A stretch of 64,000 nt of DNA from Candidatus Berkelbacteria bacterium (GTDB lineage Bacteria > Patescibacteriota > UBA1384 > DTJR01): assembly GCA_029865605.1 (NCBI GenBank), contig JAOUGE010000005.1, positions 338 to 64,337 of the forward strand, in the 5' to 3' direction. Positions 28,369 to 36,401 of this stretch are shown piece after piece; positions within the stretch are counted from its first letter, which is position 1, and each line of letters opens with the position of its first letter. Position numbers and translations under genes: made by a program. Under the pieces are notes generated by a model. That model ran no database searches. It was not told the DNA's origin and saw only the letters and a program-made list of their open reading frames with translations.

Positions 28369-28523
28369 AGCAGAACTGCCCTTGTGGCAGTTTTTTGCTT
28401 GGTGCCCCGTGGACTCGAAGGCCGGACCTCGCCACGGCGGGGGTTCGAGGGGTGGCACCTGAGAAGGGTCGCGAGGCCCGCCAGCAGGCGGGAACTTGTG
28501 ACCGAGTCCTGTCCTCGGCACCA
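28369..28523 (+). repeat. conserved structured element after a tRNA 3' end, copy 4
   Basis: Hairpin plus T-tract ACTGCC-CTTG-TGGCAGTTTTTTG, then GGACTCGAAGGCCGG (antisense T-loop), CTCGCC-ACG-GCGGGG, a variant core with an insert (GAGG...GGGTCGCGA), CCCGCC-AGCA-GGCGGG, CTTGTGACC, and a 21-nt repeat CGAGTCCTGTCCTCGGCACCA. Confidence 0.85.
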
Positions 28524-28528
28524 CAAAG

Positions 28529-28552
28529 ATCCCGCTTTAGCGGGGTTTTTCT
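28529..28552 (+). terminator. intrinsic terminator after element copy 4
   Basis: CCCGC-TTTA-GCGGG followed by GTTTTTC. Confidence 0.6.
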
Positions 28553-28616
28553 ATGTATTAGGGTTGAAAAATTTTGTGAAAAAAGCTAAAATTACTCCAG
28601 AAGGTCGATAACTTAA

Positions 28617-28868
28617 ATGGAGATGAATATGGCAGACACAAAAATTGGTGTGATAACACACTACTTTGACAAAATTGGGGTTGGGATCATCAAGCTTGAG
28701 GCGCCGCTAAAGAAAGGCGAAACAATTAAGATTGGCGAGGTGGAACAAGTAGTTGATTCAATGCAGGTTGACCATAAGGATATTGATGAAGGCCAACCGG
28801 GTCAGGAAGTCGGCGTCAAAGTCAGCGCCAAGGTTCGCGAAGGCGAGGAAGTTTATAAGGTAGAGTAG
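28617..28868 (+). CDS. small beta-barrel protein resembling EF-Tu/IF2 domain 2 (function unknown)
   Basis: 83 aa. KIGVITHYFDKIGVGIIKLEAPLKKGETIKIGE...VGVKV resembles a translation-factor beta-barrel domain. Weak. Confidence 0.3.
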   Translation: MEMNMADTKIGVITHYFDKIGVGIIKLEAPLKKGETIKIGEVEQVVDSMQVDHKDIDEGQPGQEVGVKVSAKVREGEEVYKVE

Positions 28869-28930
28869 GGGGCGGCTAGCTTGGGCTAGAAGCTCATCGG
28901 CCTTTGGCTGACAGCGGGATTTTTAGATGT

Positions 28931-29005
28931 GGGCGGTTAGCTCAACGGTAGAGCATTTGGTTTACATCCAAGGGGTTAAAGGTTCGAATCCTTTACCGCC
29001 CACCA
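28931..29005 (+). tRNA. tRNA-Val (TAC)
   Basis: GGGCGGT paired with ACCGCCC, anticodon loop TTTACAT, T-arm AAGGTTCGAATCCTT, ACCA. Confidence 0.85.
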
Positions 29006-29030
29006 TCGGCTTGCATGAATGGTTTGAAAC

Positions 29031-29106
29031 GCCGGGGTAGCTCAGTGGTTAGAGCACTGGTCTGAAAAACCAGGTGTCGACAGTTCGATTCTGTCCCCCG
29101 GCACCA
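29031..29106 (+). tRNA. tRNA-Phe (GAA)
   Basis: GCCGGGG paired with CCCCGGC, anticodon stem-loop CTGGT-CTGAAAA-ACCAG, T-arm CGACAGTTCGATTCTGTC, ACCA. Confidence 0.85.
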
Positions 29107-29240
29107 GGCGGAATTGCGAAGCAATTATTTGACTGGTGCGGCGAACCGAGAATCGAAGGCCGGAGCGCGACGGCGCGAGGCGGGGTCGAGCGCAAAATCA
29201 GCAGATTTTGACGGGTGACCGATTCTGTCCCCCGGCACCA
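29107..29240 (+). repeat. conserved structured element after a tRNA 3' end, copy 5 (after tRNA-Phe)
   Basis: Hairpin AATTGC-GAA-GCAATT, then GAGAATCGAAGGCCGG (antisense Phe T-loop), CGCG-ACGG-CGCG, GAGGCGGGGTCGAGCG, CAAAATC-AGCA-GATTTTG, GGGTGACC, and a 21-nt repeat CGATTCTGTCCCCCGGCACCA. Confidence 0.85.
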
Positions 29241-29443
29241 TCGCGTATGTCCTCATCTGCCAGAAAAGGTAGATGTGGAGACGCGATTTGACGGGGGCGG
29301 CAGGTCGATAACCTGAGAACCTGCCGACAAGAATCGAAACGCGCAGGCTCGACGGAGCCGAGCGGGGGTCGCGAGGCCCGCCAGCAGGCGGGAACTTGTG
29401 ACCGATTTCCTGCCTGCCGGCAGGCAGGTGTCCCTCTGCACCA
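29241..29443 (+). repeat. conserved structured element, copy 6, in tandem after copy 5, with a non-cognate tail
   Basis: Contains AGAATCGAA (antisense Phe T-loop again), GAGCGGGGGTCGCGAGGCCCGCC-AGCA-GGCGGGAACTTGTGACC (identical over 36 nt to copy 4). It ends in a palindrome CCTGCCTGCC/GGCAGGCAGG plus GTGTCCCTCTGCACCA, which is not the Phe 3' end. Confidence 0.7.
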
Positions 29444-29469
29444 CTTACCCCGCATGAGCGGGGTTCAAT

Positions 29470-29943
29470 GTGAAATTAAAAATGCAAAACGTCACGGCTT
29501 TTTTGGGTGAAATATTCAGCTTTTTCAAAGAAAAAGTTTTTGATTTTGAGAAGTTTTTTAGTTGGGGTTATCTTAATGCGTCAGCGTCCACAATTCTCCG
29601 GTATTGGATAGTTTACGTCGTGATTTTTGCTCTTTTAATAGTGGTCGGACTATTTATTCAGTTTTATTTTGGGCGCAAAACCCTGCCGAAATTCAGAAAA
29701 AAATTTTATAAGCGTTTGGGCGACTTTCTCGTTTACCCGCCGCTTGTTTATCTTTTTCTTATCACTGTAAGAAGGGCCGGGCTGGAAGGCTTGAATAAGA
29801 GGATTCTTCCAGTTTCTCTTGCGCTTATATGGTTGATTTGGCTGGGCTTTCTGGTATACTACAGAATAGCCGTTGTTTCAAAACTCCAAAAGATGTATTT
29901 GGAACAGCGGAGAAAGGAAAAATATATAAGAAATGGTAGTTAA
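29470..29943 (+). CDS. hypothetical polytopic membrane protein
   Basis: Four hydrophobic helices. 157 aa. Confidence 0.35.
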   Translation: MKLKMQNVTAFLGEIFSFFKEKVFDFEKFFSWGYLNASASTILRYWIVYVVIFALLIVVGLFIQFYFGRKTLPKFRKKFYKRLGDFLVYPPLVYLFLITVRRAGLEGLNKRILPVSLALIWLIWLGFLVYYRIAVVSKLQKMYLEQRRKEKYIRNGS

Positions 29944-31018
29944 ATCGAAGGATGTTACGGAAGAGAAGGCAGGACCAATGGACGCTCTGATCGAGGAACA
30001 CGACGGGGATTTGGTCCCTTTTAATGCTGGAGACGTTGTTGACTGCAAGGTGATTCAAGTTTCTCGCTCCAGAGTCTTATGTGATGTGGGCGGTTTAACC
30101 TATGGCTTTGTACCGGAAAAAGAATTTTCCTTTGACACAAAGGATTTAAAGCCCGGCGATGTTATCTCGGCTAATGTGATGGCAATGGAAAACAAAGACG
30201 GCTATGTTGTTTTGAGCCTTCGGCGTGCCGATAGAAATCGTCTTTGGGGAGTCTTGACTGAGAAGAAGGACAAAGGCGTCTTGGTTGATGTCAAGGTTGT
30301 TGGTGCCAATCGCGGAGGACTGATGGTTGAAGCCGGCGGGATTCAGGGCTTTTTGCCGGTCTCCCAGCTTTCGGTTGAGCACTATCCTCGGGTTGAAGGC
30401 GGCGATCCCAACCAGATCTTACAGAGACTAAGGAAGCTGGTAGGCGAGGCTCTTCAAGTGAAGATAATCTCCGTAGATAAAAATGAGGAAAAGCTGATTT
30501 TTTCTGAAAAACAGGCGGTTAGCGAGTCGATCGGCGACCTTGGCGAGCAATTTAGCGTTGGTCAGGTGGTCGAAGGCACGATAACCGGCATCGCTCCGTT
30601 TGGCCTGTTTGTAAATCTCGGCGGCATCGAAGGTTTAATTCATATTTCGGAGGTTTCTTGGGATCATGTTGATGACTTGTCGGGGATGTACAAGGTAGGG
30701 CAGAAAGTCAAGGCGAAGGTAGCAAAGATTGAAAATGGGCGGATATCCCTCTCGCTTAAGAGACTCTTGCCTGATCCTTGGATTGAAGAGATGAAAAAGC
30801 TGAAAGTCGGTGAGAAAGTTGAGGGAGAGATAACCAGAGTTACTGCCTATGGCGCCTTCGTCAGGTTGAAGAATAATTTAGATGGTTTGGTCCATGCCTC
30901 TCAAGTTGGGGGAGATGTTGCTAAGATTAAGGCATTACAGGTTGGTGACAAGAGGCGATTTGAGGTTATCGAGTTGAAGCCGGAGTCCCGAAGAATAGGG
31001 TTGAGGCTTTTAGAATAA
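29933..31018 (+). CDS. rpsA: 30S ribosomal protein S1 (four S1 domains)
   Basis: Repeated S1 motifs (G.V.G.V..I...G.FV.L....G..H.S....). 361 aa. Confidence 0.75.
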   Translation: MVVKSKDVTEEKAGPMDALIEEHDGDLVPFNAGDVVDCKVIQVSRSRVLCDVGGLTYGFVPEKEFSFDTKDLKPGDVISANVMAMENKDGYVVLSLRRADRNRLWGVLTEKKDKGVLVDVKVVGANRGGLMVEAGGIQGFLPVSQLSVEHYPRVEGGDPNQILQRLRKLVGEALQVKIISVDKNEEKLIFSEKQAVSESIGDLGEQFSVGQVVEGTITGIAPFGLFVNLGGIEGLIHISEVSWDHVDDLSGMYKVGQKVKAKVAKIENGRISLSLKRLLPDPWIEEMKKLKVGEKVEGEITRVTAYGAFVRLKNNLDGLVHASQVGGDVAKIKALQVGDKRRFEVIELKPESRRIGLRLLE

Positions 31019-31162
31019 TGCGGAGGGCTAAAATGCCCGGAAAGTTTGGAAAATAGCGCTTCTGTCCGCTTAAAGGGGTGGATAGGGCGCTGTTTTCAAA
31101 GGCAAGCAGCTTGACATTAAACCCGCTTCAGCGGGTCAAGTGCCTGTAAGGAGGCCGCTAAG

Positions 31163-33031
31163 ATGCGCCCGAAACTGGTAGTAGTTCTTACTGTCTTTGC
31201 GGCCGCGCTAGCGGCCGCCACGGTTAACGCAGACGTCGTCGTGGCCATTCATGGCCACTCGAACTTCTCGGATGGTATGAAGCCCCTGCGCGAGACGTAC
31301 GTCGAAATGTGCTCGGGCGGGGCCGAGGTGGCGATCGTAACCGACCATACCGAGGTGATCGATCTGCCGCAGATTCCCGCTTCTTTTCTCAAGATGGAGT
31401 TTGCCAGGTACAGCCATTGGGAAATGGCTTCTGGCGCACTCCTGAAGGAGGCGGGACTGGCCAACTGGAAGGCGGCCTACCGGAGTCTCCAGACCGAGAG
31501 GGTGGTAGTGATCCCGGCAATGGAGGTCGGGCTAGTAGCCCGAAAGACGGATGCGTTGTGGGATCGCCGCTGCCACTTCCTGTTCATCGGCGGGTCGGTC
31601 GAGGATAACACCTACGATCAAGTGATGCAGTGGGCATCGGCCTATACCACCGAGAAAGGGGCGGTGGAATGTCTCAAGAAACTCACCGCCCTGGCACAGG
31701 AGCGCGGTGCGTTGCTTGTTGCTGCTCATCCAACTAACTCAGGCTGGCTGATAGACTCTAGCCTTCTTGAGTTGGTGAACGGGATTGAGGCAATGAATCA
31801 CGATCTCCTCCCTGGCGCCAGCATAAGAGGAGATACTCCCGAGAACCTCCTCAAGACAATGCCGGCGGTTCCTTCTTCCCCTGTGGTAACGGCGGGGCTG
31901 GACTGGCACGGTGTCATCGGCCAGTCGGGATTCAGGGACATTTTCCGGCGCTTCACTGTCGTCCTGACAGACGAGAGGACACCAACGGGAATTGTGGGCG
32001 CTCTTCAAGCGCGGCGAAGTTATGCCGCTCTCGGCGACGCTCGGATCACCCGCGGCAAGGAGCTCATCGGCGGCGAGGTCGGCTTCGACCAGCCGTTTGA
32101 GATGGGCTTCGAGGGGGTAAGGGGCAACAAGGCCTGGCTCGTCTGCCGCTCGAGCGATAGTGCCTACCGCGAGTTCAAGCCAGTCTCGCTTAAGAGCGGC
32201 ACTCTCAACATCAAGAACCTCGGGAAGGCCCTGGGGCCAGCGATGACGTCCGGCGGCTGGATCGTCGTTGCTGCCCCTGCTGGCACGCCCCAGATCATCA
32301 CCTCCGGCATCAAGGTCAATCCGGCCGAAGCCGGCGGTGGCGAACCCTCCTTCGTCTTCTACGACAAGCCGCTCGGCCCTGGACAGCTGGCTAGGCCCAA
32401 GAAACCTGGCTTCTGGGATCAGGTCCGAGGGGGGCTGGGAGATATCGTTGCGGGAGCGCTCTCCGGTGGGATGGATCTACCTGGGATGCGCATCCGCATT
32501 ACTCCGGGCAGTAGCATGCCGGGCGAAGGCATACCGCAAGTGCCAGCCGGGGGCACAGTACCCCAGGGCGGGCAGGCCGGGCTCGGTGAGGATTTCAGCA
32601 ACTGGCCGATGGAGTATAGCGGGGTGCACCCCACCGCGCGGGGACAAACCCGCGATCAGGTTGTAGCGACCCTCTACGTGAACCCAGAGGCGCAGCAGGG
32701 GCTGCTTGCGTTCCAACTCAACGATCTGCAGCAGCAGATCCCAGTTACGCTGCCCGGCGTGTTCGGTAACGGAGGCTTCTGGCGATCCTCTTGGCAGTCG
32801 AAGCTCCCGTCTCGTCCGAGGTTTATGCATCCCCAACCCAGTTCACTCGGGGGGGGTCCGCGACCTGCCTGCCTTGAGGGTTGGCATCTCGGTCACAGTT
32901 ACAGGGATAAGAACGACCCCGCTACATACCACTTCGATCTGACTCTTAGAGCCCTTGCCGATGTACCTGAGCGTGTGCCTGTCGCGGTAGGGTACTGGGA
33001 GATGCGCATGGAGCTTCTCCGCGTCCGCTAG
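31163..33031 (+). CDS. secreted PHP-domain (polymerase/histidinol-phosphatase-like) protein with a Pro/Gly-rich C-terminal region, encoded in a GC-rich island
   Basis: AAGGAGG ribosome-binding site. Signal peptide MRPKLVVVLTVFAAALAAATVNA. PHP motif IHGHSNFSDG...VTDH...AAHP. About 60%+ GC against about 43% around it. Confidence 0.55.
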   Translation: MRPKLVVVLTVFAAALAAATVNADVVVAIHGHSNFSDGMKPLRETYVEMCSGGAEVAIVTDHTEVIDLPQIPASFLKMEFARYSHWEMASGALLKEAGLANWKAAYRSLQTERVVVIPAMEVGLVARKTDALWDRRCHFLFIGGSVEDNTYDQVMQWASAYTTEKGAVECLKKLTALAQERGALLVAAHPTNSGWLIDSSLLELVNGIEAMNHDLLPGASIRGDTPENLLKTMPAVPSSPVVTAGLDWHGVIGQSGFRDIFRRFTVVLTDERTPTGIVGALQARRSYAALGDARITRGKELIGGEVGFDQPFEMGFEGVRGNKAWLVCRSSDSAYREFKPVSLKSGTLNIKNLGKALGPAMTSGGWIVVAAPAGTPQIITSGIKVNPAEAGGGEPSFVFYDKPLGPGQLARPKKPGFWDQVRGGLGDIVAGALSGGMDLPGMRIRITPGSSMPGEGIPQVPAGGTVPQGGQAGLGEDFSNWPMEYSGVHPTARGQTRDQVVATLYVNPEAQQGLLAFQLNDLQQQIPVTLPGVFGNGGFWRSSWQSKLPSRPRFMHPQPSSLGGGPRPACLEGWHLGHSYRDKNDPATYHFDLTLRALADVPERVPVAVGYWEMRMELLRVR

Positions 33032-33060
33032 GCCAGCAGGCCGAGCGGACCTGAACTCAA

Positions 33061-33090
33061 GGGGGCCCTCACGGGCCCCCTTCGACGTTT
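33061..33090 (+). terminator. intrinsic terminator after the PHP-protein gene
   Basis: GGGGGCCC-TCAC-GGGCCCCC followed by TTCGACGTTT. Confidence 0.5.
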
Positions 33091-33144
33091 GCGCCAAGGC
33101 GCTATTTTTGCTAGAATAAGACCTCAATCAAATTAAAAAAAGCG

Positions 33145-33624
33145 ATGCAAATTCAAAAGAACAAAGATGGGAATCTCGAGATAAAGTCTAAAAAAGCCAC
33201 CGTTGTGTTTGATGGAAAGGTTGTCGTAAATGATGTTGAGCTTGAAGGTGCGGGCGAATATGAAGTTGGAGAGATTGCAATCGAAGGGATTGACGACGAC
33301 ATTTATATTTTTCAAATCGAGGATGTTGTCTTGGGTTCGGTCAATTTCAAATCTAAGATTACTAAGGAAAATGTCGAAAGATTGGCCAACTGCGACGCGG
33401 TTTTAGTGCGGCTTGACGGCAAAGTTCATGAGGCGGTAGAGCAGGCCGGGCAAATTCAGCCGGACACCATAATTTATGCCGGGACTTCTCGATCGGCAAC
33501 AGAGCTTAAATCAAGCGGGGTTTCTTTTACAAAATCGGATTCGATTAAACTAAGCAAGGCGGATATTGGACAGGAAAAATCGTATTTCCTCGAACTAGCA
33601 GATGGTAATGGTCAAAACCTTTGA
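33145..33624 (+). CDS. hypothetical acidic protein
   Basis: 159 aa. Overlaps the nrnA-like gene downstream. No recognisable motif. Confidence 0.35.
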   Translation: MQIQKNKDGNLEIKSKKATVVFDGKVVVNDVELEGAGEYEVGEIAIEGIDDDIYIFQIEDVVLGSVNFKSKITKENVERLANCDAVLVRLDGKVHEAVEQAGQIQPDTIIYAGTSRSATELKSSGVSFTKSDSIKLSKADIGQEKSYFLELADGNGQNL

Positions 33625-34570
33625 GAAGATCCTAGCTGTTTTCGAAAAATCTGAGAGGGTTTTGATTCTGCTGCACCTTTATCCAGACGGAGATACTGTG
33701 GCGTCGTCCTTGGCTCTGGCGACTTTTCTGAAAAGGAGAGGCATACTTGCTGATTGCGCAGTTAGAGGGGAAATACCCAAGCCCTTTCATTTCTTGCCCG
33801 GCGTTGATTCTATCAGGCATGATTTTCTACTCGGCGATTATGATGTAGTCGTCGCTGTTGATTGTGGTGATGCCCAGCGCACCGGTTTTCCGGTCCGTCT
33901 TGAGCAGATTTGCAAATCAAGAACATTTATTAATATTGATCATCACAACAAAAATAACTTGCATAGAATTGCTAAGATAAATCTGGTTGACAAGGGGGCT
34001 TCTGCGGCAGCAGAAATTATCTGGGACTTTTTAAAATTTGCCGGAGCGGAAATTGACAGCAAGATGGCGACATATATTTTGTCGGGGATATATTTTGACA
34101 CGGGCGGATTTCAACACTCGAACGTTACGACAAGAACTCTTGAAGTGGCATCGGATTGCTTGCGCCTTGGGGCAAGAATTTCAGCGATAACGGCGAATAT
34201 AAATGGAACGAAAACTTCATCAGCATTGAAGCTTTGGGGAATGGCACTGAAGAGGATGAGAATAAGCAGAAGTGGTATAGCAAGTTCTATTTTAACCCAG
34301 GAGGACTTAAAGGTTTGCCGGGCGAAAGCTGAAGATGCTTCAGGAGTTGTTAATTTGATAAGCTCGGTGCCTCAAGCCAAGCTGGCAATCTTGTTCTTAG
34401 AGAATCCTGATGGTAAAATTAAAGCCAGCTTGCGGACTGATTCGGTCAAGGTTGATGTGGCTCAATTCGCTCGTCTTTTCGGCGGCGGAGGGCACAAAAA
34501 AGCAGCTGGGTTTACAATAGAAGGGAAGCTGGTTGAAAAAACCGGAAAGTGGGGGATAGCGGAGGGGTGA
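33602..34570 (+). CDS. DHH/DHHA1 phosphoesterase (NrnA-like oligoribonuclease/pAp phosphatase)
   Basis: Motifs HLYPDGDTVASS, DCGD, DHHNKN, and a C-terminal GGGH (DHHA1). Confidence 0.7.
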   Translation: MVMVKTFEKILAVFEKSERVLILLHLYPDGDTVASSLALATFLKRRGILADCAVRGEIPKPFHFLPGVDSIRHDFLLGDYDVVVAVDCGDAQRTGFPVRLEQICKSRTFINIDHHNKNNLHRIAKINLVDKGASAAAEIIWDFLKFAGAEIDSKMATYILSGIYFDTGGFQHSNVTTRTLEVASDCLRLGARISAITANINGTKTSSALKLWGMALKRMRISRSGIASSILTQEDLKVCRAKAEDASGVVNLISSVPQAKLAILFLENPDGKIKASLRTDSVKVDVAQFARLFGGGGHKKAAGFTIEGKLVEKTGKWGIAEG

Positions 34571-34577
34571 AGAATCT

Positions 34578-34663
34578 GGGCGAGTGGTGGAATGGTATAC
34601 ACGTTGGACTTAAAATCCAATGGTCGCAAGACCATGTGGGTTCGAATCCCACCTCGCCCACCA
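34578..34663 (+). tRNA. tRNA-Leu (TAA), type II
   Basis: GGGCGAG paired with CTCGCCC, anticodon stem-loop TTGGA-CTTAAAA-TCCAA, variable arm, T-arm TGGGTTCGAATCCCA, ACCA. Confidence 0.85.
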
Positions 34664-34782
34664 GGTTGTTTTTTGGTGAACAGGGGGGATTCGAAAGCCG
34701 GACCAGCCCAGGGCTGGGAGACGGGGTCGCACAAAAATTCAGCAGAATTTTATGAGTGACCGAATCCCACCTCGCCCACCAG
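34664..34782 (+). repeat. conserved structured element after a tRNA 3' end, copy 7
   Basis: Starts GGTTGTTTTTTGGTGAA, as copy 2 does. Then GGGGGATTCGAAAGCCGG (antisense T-loop), CAGCC-CAG-GGCTG, GAGACGGGGTCGC, AAAAATTC-AGCA-GAATTTT, GAGTGACC, and a 30-nt repeat CGAATCCCACCTCGCCCACCAGGTTGTTTT. Confidence 0.85.
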
Positions 34783-34829
34783 GTTGTTTTCGGTAGCCTA
34801 TCGTTTAACATTAAATCTGAAGGAGGCAA

Positions 34830-35069
34830 ATGGCAGAAACTAGTGCAAGGAGTCTAACCAAGGCGATTAGCTGGCGTATTTTTGCCACCATTGCCACGGT
34901 GATTATAGTTTATGTTTTTACTGGGGAGTTAATTTTATCCTTGGGCGTTGGCTTGGCCGATATTCTTATAAAGCTGGTCCTTTATTATTTTCATGAGAGG
35001 ATTTGGAACTGCGTAAAATTTGGTAGAGTTGGCGAAAAGTCTGACGGACAAAAGAGAACACCCTACTAG
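34830..35069 (+). CDS. small membrane protein (DUF2061-like)
   Basis: 79 aa with two transmembrane helices. The WRI...FHERIWN pattern is typical of DUF2061. Confidence 0.4.
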   Translation: MAETSARSLTKAISWRIFATIATVIIVYVFTGELILSLGVGLADILIKLVLYYFHERIWNCVKFGRVGEKSDGQKRTPY

Positions 35070-35070
35070 T

Positions 35071-35601
35071 TTATTTAGGAATTTTCTCTAGTACTTCGTA
35101 CAAGATTATTCCTGTTGCGGTAGCGACATTTAGACTGTTTGCACGACCGTGCATTGGGAGCTCAACAGTTAGATCTGCCAGTTTAAGCACGTCATTTGTA
35201 ATTCCCCTCAATTCGTGTCCGACGACAACCGCCACCGGCGCTTCGTATTTAGCTTTTTTAAAATGAATCGAATTATCGGTCTGTTCAAGGCAGACAATCC
35301 GGACCCCCTTTTCTTTTAGTTCTCTCACTGCCTGGATGGCTTTTTTGCGATATTCCCAATCAACCCACTCAACCGCCCCAAGCGAGGTCTTAAATATTTT
35401 TTCTCTTGGCGGCTGGGCGGTGATACCGCAGAGATAAATTTTTTTTGCCCTTACCCCATCGGCCGTGCGAAACATTGCGCCCACATTGTACATTGAGCGG
35501 ATATTGTCTAATACCAAATAGATCTCGTTTCTTGGGGCGGATTTGAGTCGTCTTATTCCTCCCTTGAGCTTGATGTTTTGCTTCGCCGTTCGTTTTTTCA
35601 T
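35071..35601 (-). CDS. SpoU/TrmH family RNA 2'-O-methyltransferase
   Basis: SPOUT motifs YNVGAMFRTADG, LGHE, ANSLNVATA. 176 aa. Confidence 0.7.
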   Translation of the reverse strand: MKKRTAKQNIKLKGGIRRLKSAPRNEIYLVLDNIRSMYNVGAMFRTADGVRAKKIYLCGITAQPPREKIFKTSLGAVEWVDWEYRKKAIQAVRELKEKGVRIVCLEQTDNSIHFKKAKYEAPVAVVVGHELRGITNDVLKLADLTVELPMHGRANSLNVATATGIILYEVLEKIPK

Positions 35602-35681
35602 ATTGGGTTAGAATACCATAAATTCCTATCCTGTTGAACCCCTTGTTGGTTTTTTTTCATAATTACGCTAAACTTATACTA

Positions 35682-36401
35682 ATGAGAAGAAGAGTAACCC
35701 AAATCATTATAGTGGTGCTGGTGTTGTCTGTTGTGGGATTTGGCGCCTATCGTTTTTTACCCCAGATTATTGCTGACGAGGCCTACCCACTCGAGTATAT
35801 TGGCGAAATAAACCAATGCGCTGACGCCTTCGGGCTCGATAAACCGCTTTTGGCCGCTTTAATCTTAAAAGAATCGGGCTATAACCCCAGAGCTCAATCG
35901 CACGCTGGGGCAATGGGTTTGACTCAAGTAATGCCGGCAACTTTTCGGGCCAATGTCGGCAAAATGGGCGAAATTCAAGGTATTATCGAAAATCAGGACC
36001 CCTGGGATCCCAAGACGAATATTTGTGTTGGTGCCGGAATCTTAGCCGGATTGATGGCAAAATACGGTGGCGACTGGACGGCGGCCCTGATTGCTTATAA
36101 TGGTGGTGACGGGGCGGCGAGGAGATATTTGGCAGCCAAGTCAACTGCCGTTTTGGTTACGGAAACCCGCCTTTATGCGCCGAAGATACTGGCCGCCCGA
36201 GATGTTTATGCCACGATGTACGCCGATAGGTTTACCGGCTCATATCCCCCGACTGGCGGTGGAATATTCCTCGGCGGCGGCACGGTCGGAGGGGGGGCAC
36301 CGAGCTTGATTTCTGTTCCGGTTTCAAAGCCATCGGAGAAAGCTAGAGAATTTTGGAAAGGGTTTGCTAAAGATGTCTTCGCCAGATTTTTCTCCACATA
36401 G
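35682..36401 (+). CDS. lytic transglycosylase (SLT domain) with N-terminal membrane anchor
   Basis: SLT catalytic region ES.YNP.A.S.AGA.GLTQVMP.TF. Start set at the Met preceding the transmembrane helix. Confidence 0.65.
   Translation: MRRRVTQIIIVVLVLSVVGFGAYRFLPQIIADEAYPLEYIGEINQCADAFGLDKPLLAALILKESGYNPRAQSHAGAMGLTQVMPATFRANVGKMGEIQGIIENQDPWDPKTNICVGAGILAGLMAKYGGDWTAALIAYNGGDGAARRYLAAKSTAVLVTETRLYAPKILAARDVYATMYADRFTGSYPPTGGGIFLGGGTVGGGAPSLISVPVSKPSEKAREFWKGFAKDVFARFFST

Noticed and set aside
28145-28611. Cluster of overlapping track ORFs on both strands (28145..28435-, 28273..28524-, 28315..28611+, 28323..28526-, 28395..28589+) and similar ones at 29198..29455, 34462..34829, 6391..6615, 23815..24021.
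   Set aside because: They lie entirely within tRNA genes and the GC-rich tRNA-tail elements. Stop-codon-poor GC-rich RNA sequence produces open frames on all strands. There are no ribosome-binding sites, and they overlap tRNAs.
33032-33050. CCAGCAGGC shared between the end of the PHP island and the element P2 loop region.
   Set aside because: A 9-mer match is within chance expectation for 64 kb. No other element modules are nearby.
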